Origin: a virus
Virus record (IMG/VR): IMGVR_UViG_3300023179_000021
Span: 81,641 to 145,640 of that record
Direction: 5' to 3' (one strand)
DNA length: 64,000 bases
The notes beneath the pieces are model-generated. The model saw only the letters and a program-made list of their open reading frames with translations. It was not told the DNA's origin and did no database searches. The first letter of the stretch is position 1. Each line of letters begins with the position of its first letter. The position numbers were made by a program, and so were the translations under genes. This document shows, in pieces, positions 28,443 through 37,633 of this stretch.

Positions 28443-29137
28443 AAAACTTTAAAACATTTATAACAGAAGGTCGCCCTTCACAGAGACACCCACTAGAGGG
28501 CCATGATTATCATAAGAAAACTGATGCTCAACTAGAATATATTGCTAAAGACGCACACAAGGCTGCTGAGGCCATGAAAGGTCACAACACACAGGCAGAA
28601 AACAAGTATCGTGACCAGGCCAATGATTCAGCAACCGTAAGATACTGGCGCAAGAAAAATGGTATGCCTGACTGGTATAAGAAAAAATACGGTCACATGA
28701 AAGAAGAAGTAGAACAAATTGATGAAATGGATAAATCACAACCTTCTTCAAGTCGTGGTGCTGAAGGATTACCATTAGGTAAAAAAGCAATCCCAGTTAA
28801 AACTGATAAAGTTAAATCTGATGCGCTAAAAGTATTGCAGAAACAATACAAAAAAGTAAAAGAAGAAATTGAAATCGAAGAAGATTGGCAAAAAGTAAAT
28901 AAGGCCGATAAAACCGATGGTCTCTCACAGAAGGCCGTAGATGCTTATCGCCGTGAGAATCCGGGTTCTAAACTTCAAACAGCTGTAACTGAAAAGAACC
29001 CAACAGGTAAACGAGCAGCACGCCGTAAATCATTTTGTTCTCGGATGGGCGGTATGAAGAAACGATTAACAAACCCGGAAAATGCTCGTGATCCGGATAG
29101 CCCAATCAACAAGGCTCTACGCCGCTGGAATTGCTAA
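28439..29137 (+). CDS. modular basic protein (DUF6321-like C-terminal module), putative internal head protein
   Basis: MKNFKTFITE start; RRKSFCSRM...INKALRRWNC. Confidence 0.65.
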   Translation: MKNFKTFITEGRPSQRHPLEGHDYHKKTDAQLEYIAKDAHKAAEAMKGHNTQAENKYRDQANDSATVRYWRKKNGMPDWYKKKYGHMKEEVEQIDEMDKSQPSSSRGAEGLPLGKKAIPVKTDKVKSDALKVLQKQYKKVKEEIEIEEDWQKVNKADKTDGLSQKAVDAYRRENPGSKLQTAVTEKNPTGKRAARRKSFCSRMGGMKKRLTNPENARDPDSPINKALRRWNC

Positions 29138-29140
29138 TAA

Positions 29141-29797
29141 ATGACACAATTTAGTACACAAACTGACGATTTTTTAAACAATAATCGTAATATTTATGAA
29201 GTGATGTATTTAGCTAACAATGCCAATGGTGACATTGTATCAACCGTAAATCCTTTACCAGTAAAAGTTTTAAATACAATAACAGTAATTACTGAAGAAG
29301 AATCTGGTAATTTATTTGCATTTAATAATCATTCATTACATTCAAATCGTGGTTGGACTATGGATGATAACATGCGACCAGTTATGAGTTTTAGAGTTTC
29401 TAATACAGCGACAACAATAACAGACTTAGCTGAAATATTTGAGTATCAACTAGGAAATAATAATGCTAACCAAAGCACAATAGTTTATGAATGGTATGAA
29501 GGTGATTTAACGATTTCTGGCGCTTCTATCCCAAATTGGATTTCAGTTGGAACAAAATGTGAATATAGAATATATGAAGACAAATATAGTTCTAATACTG
29601 GAAACAGTTTTACAGCAAATACCGGTATATTAAGACATTCAGGAATTGTAATTGGTAAAAATGCTGACGGTGATAATTTGGATATTTCATTGTTTGGTGG
29701 AGCTACACCGAATATGGTAACATTGTGTATGAAAAGAGTGGATTCTTCAACTAAACTTGATGTTTGGTTCGCATTTAATATAAAAGAATTAACATAA
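29141..29797 (+). CDS. hypothetical, possibly virion structural protein
   Basis: Beta-rich Asn/Thr/Ser composition; NPLPV motif. Confidence 0.55.
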   Translation: MTQFSTQTDDFLNNNRNIYEVMYLANNANGDIVSTVNPLPVKVLNTITVITEEESGNLFAFNNHSLHSNRGWTMDDNMRPVMSFRVSNTATTITDLAEIFEYQLGNNNANQSTIVYEWYEGDLTISGASIPNWISVGTKCEYRIYEDKYSSNTGNSFTANTGILRHSGIVIGKNADGDNLDISLFGGATPNMVTLCMKRVDSSTKLDVWFAFNIKELT

Positions 29798-29820
29798 AAA
29801 TAAAAACTCAGGAGAAACAA

Positions 29821-31092
29821 ATGTCGATCTATGATAAGACACTTAAAAATGTTGCAGAAGTTGCAGCAAAAATCATGGCAGAAAAGTTACACCCAAACCA
29901 ACAAAAATTGGATGTATATGAACCAGAGAAAGATAAGTTGACGGCCAAAGATTTTGAAATGCTTCGTGCAGGTAAGAAGGCCAAGATGAAGGAAGAAACT
30001 GGGCTAGAGGAATCTGGCGAAATGGGTCCTGTAACAAGGCCCAAAGAAAAACCTGTAACAATGCGTCATAAAACATCCGGTAAAGAAATCGTTGTTGTTA
30101 AGGCCGGTGTTAAGGACAAACAAAAACTTGGTTATAAAATGGTCAAAGAAGAAGATGAACTTCAAGAAATGAAAGATATGATTGATGCTTTAATTCTTGA
30201 ATATGAAGCAAAAGGCGGCGTATACAGGCATCAAGGTTCCTATGGTTATGGTGGCAAGGGTGTTGAACATGGTCAAACTGATTATAAAAAAGAAAATGAT
30301 TTAGCCAAAGCCGCTGATAAACCTGCTCGTAAAAAGTATGGTTCTCGTCAAAATTATGTTCGTTCTACTCGTGTCAATGAATCGTTCACTGAATTGCTCG
30401 AAAAGTATACTGAGGGTGGCATGAAAGGTTTAAATGAAACTCTTTATGTGATCCAAGAGGAAGCTGATAATGAACAATTTACAAAAGAACTAGAGAAAGC
30501 CAAAAGAAAAGCCGCAGGCCAAGACCGTAATGATGAAAACATTGCTAAGGGTTCAGTGCAAGCTGTAAAAAATGAAGAAGTGGAAGAATTCGATGAAGCT
30601 ATGAGTCATCAGGCCAAAACTACTATGAAACACGTTAAGAATCCTACGCCAGGTGAAAAGAAGGCTGCTAAAGATATTAAACCTGGAGTTGGTGGTTATA
30701 GTGATCGTTATGCAATGCTTCAAAGTGCCAAAGCTCGTGGTGCATTGAAGGAAGAAGACGCACTTGATGAAGAAGGTCCACAAGGTAAAGTACCAATGAC
30801 AAGTTTAATGCCAGGCCACAGTGATAAGGCTGCACGATTTGCCGCTGTTCAAGCAAAAGGTAAATTGGTCAAGGGTAAAGCTCAAAGTGCTCCACAAAAA
30901 GAACCTGGTATGAAAAAAGAAGAAATTGAAGAAATTGATGAGCGTAAGATGACAGAACCAGAAATGAAAGAACGTGAGCGAATTGTAAAAGGTATGAAAA
31001 AAGGCCTTTCTGGTTTCAAGCAGCGTTATGGTGAGAGAGCAAAAAGTGTCATGTACGCTACCTCAGCTAAAATCGCAAAAGAAAGAGCATAA
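29821..31092 (+). CDS. modular basic protein with Glu-rich linkers, putative internal head protein
   Basis: Modules separated by MKEETGLEE, VKEEDELQE, KNEEVEEFDE, KKEEIEEIDE. Confidence 0.65.
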   Translation: MSIYDKTLKNVAEVAAKIMAEKLHPNQQKLDVYEPEKDKLTAKDFEMLRAGKKAKMKEETGLEESGEMGPVTRPKEKPVTMRHKTSGKEIVVVKAGVKDKQKLGYKMVKEEDELQEMKDMIDALILEYEAKGGVYRHQGSYGYGGKGVEHGQTDYKKENDLAKAADKPARKKYGSRQNYVRSTRVNESFTELLEKYTEGGMKGLNETLYVIQEEADNEQFTKELEKAKRKAAGQDRNDENIAKGSVQAVKNEEVEEFDEAMSHQAKTTMKHVKNPTPGEKKAAKDIKPGVGGYSDRYAMLQSAKARGALKEEDALDEEGPQGKVPMTSLMPGHSDKAARFAAVQAKGKLVKGKAQSAPQKEPGMKKEEIEEIDERKMTEPEMKERERIVKGMKKGLSGFKQRYGERAKSVMYATSAKIAKERA

Positions 31093-31685
31093 TGAAACAT
31101 TGGCACCATATTGTTCCCAAACACGCTGGCGGAACTGATGATCCATCAAATCTTATTCAACTTACGATTGAAGAACATGCTGAAGAACATAAAAAACTTT
31201 GGGAACAACATGGTCGTTGGCAAGACAAAATTGCTTGGCAAACATTATCTGGTCAAATAAGTATACAGGAAGCTCGTGAAAAAATGATGAAATATAACAA
31301 TCCAATGCACAATCCAGAAGTTATAACTAAAATGTCTGGTAAAAATCATTGGGTTAATAGGGAAGGCAATATTTCTAATTGGATAAAAGACAATCCAATG
31401 CACAAACCGGAAATTATAGTTAAAATGTCTGGCGAAAATCATTGGTCTAAAAGGCCAGGAAAAGTTCATAATTGTCCAGAAGGTCCTATGAAAAATAAAA
31501 AACACGCCGAAGAAACTAAAAGAAAAATTGCTGAAACTAATATGGGAAGAGTACCTTCGAATAAAGGTCAAAGAGGTATTTTTGGTTGGTTTAATGATGG
31601 CGAAAAAAATTATCAAATAAAGTTAACCGAAAAAATAGATTCCAATTTAAAAAAAGGTAGATTAAAATGGATACAAAAGGACTAA
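31092..31685 (+). mobile_element. HNH homing endonuclease (Mob-like) with NUMOD3-like motif
   Basis: HHIVPKHAGGTDDPSNLIQLTIEEHAEEH; two NPMHxPE..KMSGxNHW repeats; KKHAEETKRKI. Confidence 0.85.
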
Positions 31686-31686
31686 T

Positions 31687-32838
31687 ATGAAAAAAGTCTC
31701 CGAATTCTTTAAAGAACTTGAGGAAGAAAAAAAAGACAAGTATGATGAAGGCGAATATGACCAAGAAGGTGATATGGCCAAGTCAGACCTCCGTTCAATC
31801 ATAGCCAATGCACAAAAACTGCACGATATGATTGATGATGCCGACAACCTTCCTGAATGGGTACAATCTAAAATTACAGTGGCCGAAGATTACATTTCAA
31901 CCGTTGCAAATTATATGACGGCTGAAATGTCTGAGGCCGCTAAATTGACACCTCAACAAAAGTTTAAAAACAGTATGAAACGTGCCGGTTATGATATGGA
32001 TGCTAGTGCTAAAAGATTGCAAGACCTATTAGCAAAGCAAAAGAAAGAGCGTGAAGAGCGTGAGAAGAAAAATATGGCGGAAGGCGACAGTGGAGCAAAA
32101 TATAAAGTAAAATCTATTGGTAAAGATATTAAGGGTGATTACTATATCAGTCCCAGCTCTGATAAAAAAGTTTATAAGTCAGGAGTAAATAAAGGCGATC
32201 ACGAAAATCCTAAAACAGGAGAGATTAAAAAGATTGTGGCGGAAGACACTGAACTACAAGAAGCAAATGCTGCAGCAATAGCAGCTGCTACCGCTATCGC
32301 AAAGAAAAAATCTGGTAATTATGACAGTGAAGGCATGAGAAAAACACCTTATAAGAATCCCGATGCACCAAACAGAAAAACAAATACTGAAAGAAAAAGA
32401 GAAATGGATGAAAGTTATTTGGAAGAAAAAAATGTTCCAACAAACCCTTCTCTTTGGTCAAGAGCAAAAGCTTTAGCTCGTCAGAAATTTGACGTATACC
32501 CTTCGGCCTACGCAAATGGTTGGGCTTCAAAATGGTACAAATCTAAAGGTGGAAGCTGGAAATCAGTGAGTGAATCTAAAGAAGATTTGCCTTTTGAACC
32601 AGATCCACCTAAAAAGAATAAAAAACCAGATCACGGCCCAATGTCGAGAGTTAGGCATTTAGCAAAACAAGCTATGAAAAAACAAACTGAAAAAATGAAA
32701 CCAATGAAAGAAACCATTGAAGAATCACGCAAAGCTGAAATTGTCAAAGAGATCGTTAAAAAAAAGAAAAATGAAATGAACGGTAAATTTGAAGCCGACC
32801 CAGTTTTAACAAGTTCAGTTGTCAAAGAGAATAAATAG
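31687..32838 (+). CDS. modular protein with Glu-delimited modules (DUF5872-like module), putative internal head protein
   Basis: MKKVSEFFKELEE; LPEWVQSKIT; PSAYANGWASKWYKSKGGSWK. Confidence 0.65.
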   Translation: MKKVSEFFKELEEEKKDKYDEGEYDQEGDMAKSDLRSIIANAQKLHDMIDDADNLPEWVQSKITVAEDYISTVANYMTAEMSEAAKLTPQQKFKNSMKRAGYDMDASAKRLQDLLAKQKKEREEREKKNMAEGDSGAKYKVKSIGKDIKGDYYISPSSDKKVYKSGVNKGDHENPKTGEIKKIVAEDTELQEANAAAIAAATAIAKKKSGNYDSEGMRKTPYKNPDAPNRKTNTERKREMDESYLEEKNVPTNPSLWSRAKALARQKFDVYPSAYANGWASKWYKSKGGSWKSVSESKEDLPFEPDPPKKNKKPDHGPMSRVRHLAKQAMKKQTEKMKPMKETIEESRKAEIVKEIVKKKKNEMNGKFEADPVLTSSVVKENK

Positions 32839-32870
32839 AAGAATAAATCAAATTTCTAGGAGAAAAATAA

Positions 32871-33212
32871 ATGGCACTTTGGTCAAATACAGACGCTAAT
32901 ACTTCGGCACCAGTTTTCGCTGTTGCTAGTGGTCGTGGCGTTTCAGCAAACGGCTTCACGCTATATGCAAATACGCAAGCCGATGCTTTTATCACTGGTC
33001 TAAATGTTGGTGTTTTTGGTGTAGACACAACAGAAATTGGTCTCGCTAATAACGCCACACAAAAACCAGCCCATGCTGGTTGGGTACTTCGCACAGAGGG
33101 TTCTGGTGGTCGTGCAGGCCGTATTCAAACCGAAGTTATTGTAGCGATGGGCTCAATGACTGGTGACGGTGGCGCAACAATCAATGACAACCCAATCTAC
33201 GCAAATACCTAA
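32871..33212 (+). CDS. conserved T4-like virion structural protein
   Basis: MALW...HAGWV...GGRAGRIQTEVIVAM; SD AGGAG. Confidence 0.6.
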   Translation: MALWSNTDANTSAPVFAVASGRGVSANGFTLYANTQADAFITGLNVGVFGVDTTEIGLANNATQKPAHAGWVLRTEGSGGRAGRIQTEVIVAMGSMTGDGGATINDNPIYANT

Positions 33213-33213
33213 T

Positions 33214-33585
33214 ATGAGGTTTAGTCAATACATTTCTGAAATGGAAGAACCCATTATAATGACAATGGGTTCTTTTGATGTTTTTGATTCTTTAAGCCAA
33301 GAATTGGATTCAAAACTTTCAGAAACATTTTCATCACCCGAAGAAGGTATTCAAACAATTCGTGACATTATGGCTAATTATGGTGCTAATTTGCCAATGA
33401 TAAACGATTTGAATTCTGAGGGCGATGAGATAGCTCTTGATGTAGAAACGCCTGAAGGTCCTCTTATACTTTATATTATATACTCTTTAACAGATAACGA
33501 TGACTATGAATTTTATGCTGAACTCACTGATGATGATGGTTTAGAAGAAATCTTATCTGATGAGGATGAAGAAGAAAAAGATTAA
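33214..33585 (+). CDS. acidic protein with a capsid-targeting-like N-terminus
   Basis: MRFSQYISE start immediately after the previous stop. Confidence 0.55.
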   Translation: MRFSQYISEMEEPIIMTMGSFDVFDSLSQELDSKLSETFSSPEEGIQTIRDIMANYGANLPMINDLNSEGDEIALDVETPEGPLILYIIYSLTDNDDYEFYAELTDDDGLEEILSDEDEEEKD

Positions 33586-33974
33586 TGTTTGAAGATTTAA
33601 ATAATGAAAACTTTATTATCTATGCAATGAAGGCGTATGACAAACCAAATTGCTTAATGAGTGAGTTTAAAGAAGATATGAAGAGATTTAATTATCTTAA
33701 AAGACTTTTTCACAAATATCGGAAAAGTGGTGAATTAAAAGAACAATTAGTATTAAATCATCTTATTGTAATTTATAATGTGTTTGGGCCAGAACCAGCA
33801 ACAAGAATGTTATTTTATCGTATGGCTAAGGAAGATTACTCGGTGTTAAAAACGTATCTTATTTTTTTAAATTCAATGCCAACGATCATAAAAGGTATTT
33901 GTGGACAAGATATAAGATCATCAGACATAGAAGTTGATATGATGGTTGCAGAGGAATTAAGAAAAATTAAATAA
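33585..33974 (+). CDS. conserved T4-like hypothetical protein
   Basis: YAMKAYDKPNC, EFKEDMKRF, LVLNHLIVIYNVFG. Confidence 0.7.
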   Translation: MFEDLNNENFIIYAMKAYDKPNCLMSEFKEDMKRFNYLKRLFHKYRKSGELKEQLVLNHLIVIYNVFGPEPATRMLFYRMAKEDYSVLKTYLIFLNSMPTIIKGICGQDIRSSDIEVDMMVAEELRKIK

Positions 33975-34280
33975 ATGGCTAACGAATTTAAAAAAGAATG
34001 TGGTGAGGGTATGTATTGGTGTAATACCGATATGAAATGTAAACCTATTGAAGAATCTTGGTCACAAAAATATAAGAGGTCTATTGATTGTAATAATCCA
34101 AAAGGTTTTTCACAAAGAGCACATTGTCAAGGCCGAAAAAAGAGAATGAAAGAAGATGCTCCAGTAAATAATGTAAGTGGTGGTCAAATCGCTGGCGTTG
34201 GTGTAGGGCCACAAGGTGAACCGGGCATAAGTAAGAAAAAGAAAATTGCTTCATTTATTTCATTTATTCGTAGGAAATAA
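33975..34280 (+). CDS. small modular basic protein
   Basis: CGEGMYWC, IEE|SWSQKYKRSIDCNNPKGFSQRAHC, MKE|DAPVN. Confidence 0.6.
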   Translation: MANEFKKECGEGMYWCNTDMKCKPIEESWSQKYKRSIDCNNPKGFSQRAHCQGRKKRMKEDAPVNNVSGGQIAGVGVGPQGEPGISKKKKIASFISFIRRK

Positions 34281-34282
34281 AA

Positions 34283-34828
34283 ATGTTGTTTATACTAGAA
34301 TTTCTTCCATCATGGGTATTTTTAGCATTTCTTGGAATTGGTATTTTGGGTTATGGCTTGACACATCTACTTAAATTTGTACCTCTGCCAATTGTCTATG
34401 TTTACAAGACACCAATACAAATCGTATCAATTATTTTAATGATTACTGCCACGTTTTTGTATGGTGGCGCATACAATAACGATTCTTGGATGGCCAAAGT
34501 AAAAGAAATGGAAGACAAAGTGGCCATTGCCGAAGAGCAAGCTAAGAAAGAAACGGTGAGAATTGAAGAAAAAGTGGTAGAAAAAACCAAAGAGATTAAG
34601 GTAAAGGGCGATACAATTATTAAAGAGATACAGGTACCGGGTCCCGAACGTGTCAAAGAAATTACAAAAGATATGTCAGAAGACCAGAAAAAAGCCTATG
34701 AAGTCAAAGTTGCTGAACTCGAAAATGCAGTGAAAAACTGTCCCATACCACAACTTGTTTTAGATGCACACAATAAAGCTGCAAATCTTGTATCGCCGCC
34801 TGTTAAATCGACTGGAGAAAAGAAATGA
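34283..34828 (+). CDS. inner-membrane spanin (Rz-like)
   Basis: N-terminal TM segments, long coiled coil, C-terminal CPIP; overlaps a lipoprotein gene. Confidence 0.7.
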   Translation: MLFILEFLPSWVFLAFLGIGILGYGLTHLLKFVPLPIVYVYKTPIQIVSIILMITATFLYGGAYNNDSWMAKVKEMEDKVAIAEEQAKKETVRIEEKVVEKTKEIKVKGDTIIKEIQVPGPERVKEITKDMSEDQKKAYEVKVAELENAVKNCPIPQLVLDAHNKAANLVSPPVKSTGEKK

Positions 34829-35142
34829 GAAGTATATTATTGTCTCTGGTGATTTTACTTTCTGGTTGTGCCATGTTTCAAAAGCCCGTACCTATAGCAC
34901 CAAAGTGGCCTGATGCGCCAGCTGCACTTAAAGAAAAATGTGAAGCTCTTAAAACAGTTGCAATGGATAAAGTTTCAATTACCGATATGATGAAAGTAAT
35001 TGTTGAAAATTACACTCTTCATTATCAATGTTCAGCCAAGGTTGATGGTTGGAATGAATGGTATGATTCGCAAAAGAAAATCTATGAAACTGTGGTTCCA
35101 GACAAGAAAAAGAAACCATGGTATAATTTTTGGAGTAAATGA
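34825..35142 (+). CDS. outer-membrane spanin lipoprotein (Rz1-like)
   Basis: Lipobox LLSGC, Pro-rich stretch, two further Cys. Confidence 0.75.
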   Translation: MRSILLSLVILLSGCAMFQKPVPIAPKWPDAPAALKEKCEALKTVAMDKVSITDMMKVIVENYTLHYQCSAKVDGWNEWYDSQKKIYETVVPDKKKKPWYNFWSK

Positions 35143-35399
35143 TGAAAATGATAACATTTCTTATCTTTTGTGTGTTTCTTTCTGGTTGTGCTACCAGTAA
35201 GCATGAACTTTACTATGAAACTGCAAAATCAGTAAGTAAAGATAATACAATGTCACAAACAGCCTGCTGGGCAGCTATCAGTGAAATTGCAAAAAGTTCT
35301 GACAGTGCCGTAAAAGTTGGTGCTATTGCATTAGCCGAAAAATGTAAAAATGATACTGTAAAAATAGAACCACCAAAGTCTAATTGGCTAGGACTCTAA
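35139..35399 (+). CDS. lipoprotein
   Basis: Lipobox FLSGC. Confidence 0.65.
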   Translation: MMKMITFLIFCVFLSGCATSKHELYYETAKSVSKDNTMSQTACWAAISEIAKSSDSAVKVGAIALAEKCKNDTVKIEPPKSNWLGL

Positions 35400-35402
35400 T
35401 AT

Positions 35403-36026
35403 ATGGAATTAACAGAACAACAATTAAAACAATTACTTCCAAAGAACCCTTATGTGAGTTACTGGCACACAGCACTCGCACAATTGTTTCCTGATTATGA
35501 AATTAATACACCACAAAGAGTGGCTTCATTTATAGCACAATGCGCTCATGAATCTGGTGGATTTATGGTTCTACAAGAAAATTTAAATTATAAATGGCAA
35601 TCTCTTCGTAAGGTGTTTCCAAAATATTTTCCGACCGATGATATAGCACAACAGTACGCAAGTAAACCAAACAAACAAGAAGCTATTGCTAATCGTGTTT
35701 ATGCCAGTCGTATGGGAAACGGTCCCGAAGAATCTGGTGATGGTTGGCGTTATCGTGGTCGTGGTCTGATACAATTGACCGGCCGTGATAACTATGCTTG
35801 GTTTGCAGCATCATTACAAATTTCACCTGAGGAAGCAACCGAATACCTTGGCACCTTCGAAGGTGCTGCACAATCGGCCTGCTGGTTCTGGGAAACCAAT
35901 AAACTTAATCAATGGGCCGACAAAGGAGACATTGTAACATTAACAAAACGCATTAACGGTGGCACGATAGGACTTCAGGATCGCATTAAACATTATGAAC
36001 ATGCGCTTCATGTCCTGGAGGTGTAA
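35403..36026 (+). CDS. GH19 endolysin
   Basis: FIAQCAHES, YRGRGLIQLTG, TKRINGG. Confidence 0.92.
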   Translation: MELTEQQLKQLLPKNPYVSYWHTALAQLFPDYEINTPQRVASFIAQCAHESGGFMVLQENLNYKWQSLRKVFPKYFPTDDIAQQYASKPNKQEAIANRVYASRMGNGPEESGDGWRYRGRGLIQLTGRDNYAWFAASLQISPEEATEYLGTFEGAAQSACWFWETNKLNQWADKGDIVTLTKRINGGTIGLQDRIKHYEHALHVLEV

Positions 36027-36329
36027 ATGGTGGCAGATCGAAAACTATTTAAATTTTTATTGTTTTTAATTGTATTACCAGTTGGTCTTGCCATTTTTGG
36101 TGGTGATCGTTTTCGTTATCCATGTCAGGACCCTCAGAATTGGGATAAACAAATATGTAAGTTTCCTGATTGTGATGTTACAAGAACTTGTCCCGAGCAT
36201 GTATTTAAAGGGCAACGTGACCCAAGATTGGGACCGCCCCCCAATAGAAATGAACCCGCTATGATTACAAGTCCTTTGACACAACAAAATTGTCCTGCAC
36301 CGGCACAAGGAGCAAATTGTGGAAAATAA
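36027..36329 (+). CDS. membrane-anchored Cys-rich periplasmic protein
   Basis: N-terminal TM; RYPCQDP...C...C...CP. Confidence 0.6.
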   Translation: MVADRKLFKFLLFLIVLPVGLAIFGGDRFRYPCQDPQNWDKQICKFPDCDVTRTCPEHVFKGQRDPRLGPPPNRNEPAMITSPLTQQNCPAPAQGANCGK

Positions 36330-36795
36330 TAATTTCATATATACCGAAGAGCAATTAATGGCTCGTTTGAAGTTTTTTATTGGCGTTTGTTTGGCGTTGA
36401 CACTGACTGGCATTGTTTTTGTTGTGTTATATTCTTTGATTTTTGTTACGCAGCCACTGAACGCTATTTCACCAATTGACCAAAAATTCTTTGAGTTAAT
36501 TGTGCCAATTGCAACATTTTTAACTGGTACACTTTCTGGAATTATGTTAGCTGGTGCCAAAAAAGAAGATCAAGAGGCTATGTTAGCAGCACAAAAACTA
36601 GCCAATGATAATTTTGAAGCTACAAAGAAGGCCATGACTGCACCGCCACCGCAACAATCAAGCATGCCAACGGTGACATTAGGAAATAATGGTGCAATTA
36701 CAATCGGTGGTGGAAGTAATCAACAATCTGGTCAAGTTGTTCTAGGTTTTGGTGGCAAACCCGCACCTCCAATGGCACCGCAACCAGAACTGTAA
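36319..36795 (+). CDS. 2-TM membrane protein (holin candidate)
   Basis: Two hydrophobic segments; within the lysis cluster. Confidence 0.55.
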   Translation: MENNNFIYTEEQLMARLKFFIGVCLALTLTGIVFVVLYSLIFVTQPLNAISPIDQKFFELIVPIATFLTGTLSGIMLAGAKKEDQEAMLAAQKLANDNFEATKKAMTAPPPQQSSMPTVTLGNNGAITIGGGSNQQSGQVVLGFGGKPAPPMAPQPEL

Positions 36796-37067
36796 TGAGA
36801 GATTTTGTTTACAGTATTTTTCGTGACAGTATTGATGGTTCATGGAGTAGTCGTAGAATTATAACGTTTTTAGCTTTTGTTTTTTGTAGTATTGCATTTT
36901 TTGCCGATTTATTTTGGAATCGTACAATTAATGCCTCAATGTTTGAAGGAATGATGTATATTGTTCTAGGTGGACTTGGGTTTACGGTAAGTGAAAAATT
37001 TGCCAGTAAGCCCACAAAACTTTTTTACGGCACACCATTGCCAAAAATCAAAGAGGGAGAGTTATGA
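36795..37067 (+). CDS. 2-TM holin-like protein
   Basis: SSRRIITFLAF...GLGFTVSEKF. Confidence 0.55.
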   Translation: MRDFVYSIFRDSIDGSWSSRRIITFLAFVFCSIAFFADLFWNRTINASMFEGMMYIVLGGLGFTVSEKFASKPTKLFYGTPLPKIKEGEL

Positions 37068-37282
37068 AGTATTTTATTACATTTTTTACAGCCATTGCTA
37101 TGGCTTCTGGTGTTTATGCCGGAGAAGAACCAAAGAAAGCCGAAGTCAAAAAAGTTTGTGTTGACAAGGTTACAAAAGATGGTAAACCTGTCATGGATAA
37201 AGATGGAAAACAAGTTCAAGATTGTAAAGAGGTGAAAGTCCATCAGAAACTTGAAGGCACTAAAGTACCCGATAAGAAATAA
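37064..37282 (+). CDS. small secreted protein
   Basis: Signal peptide ending VYA; two Cys. Confidence 0.6.
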   Translation: MKYFITFFTAIAMASGVYAGEEPKKAEVKKVCVDKVTKDGKPVMDKDGKQVQDCKEVKVHQKLEGTKVPDKK

Positions 37283-37285
37283 ACC

Positions 37286-37600
37286 ATGGCCACCACCACT
37301 GAACGTCTTGGTATTGTAGAAACCAAGATAGAAAACATTAACGAAAAGGTCGATGAATTAAAAGTCGATGTAAAAGACTTACATGATTGTCTAGACAGAA
37401 CTAGGGATGGTTTAAATGAAAAACTAGACATTATGTATGATGCCTCGTGTTCACAACATAAGGCATTATCCGACGAAATAAGTAAAATCAAAAGAGATAA
37501 AGATAAAATTGTTTGGTTAATTGGTGGTGGAATTGCCTTGCTTGGTTGGTTAAGTGGTCATTCAGATAAAATTTTGGATGTAATTAAATCTTTTGCTTGA
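37286..37600 (+). CDS. coiled-coil protein with C-terminal TM
   Basis: Heptad pattern followed by IVWLIGGGIALLGWL. Confidence 0.6.
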   Translation: MATTTERLGIVETKIENINEKVDELKVDVKDLHDCLDRTRDGLNEKLDIMYDASCSQHKALSDEISKIKRDKDKIVWLIGGGIALLGWLSGHSDKILDVIKSFA

Positions 37601-37625
37601 CTTACACCTTCGGGTGTTTTATAAT
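37597..37625 (+). promoter_or_regulatory. sigma70-type promoter overlapping a cUUCGg terminator hairpin
   Basis: TTGACT-17-TATAAT; the spacer contains ACACC-TTCG-GGTGT-TTT. Confidence 0.65.
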
Positions 37626-37633
37626 TAATTATT

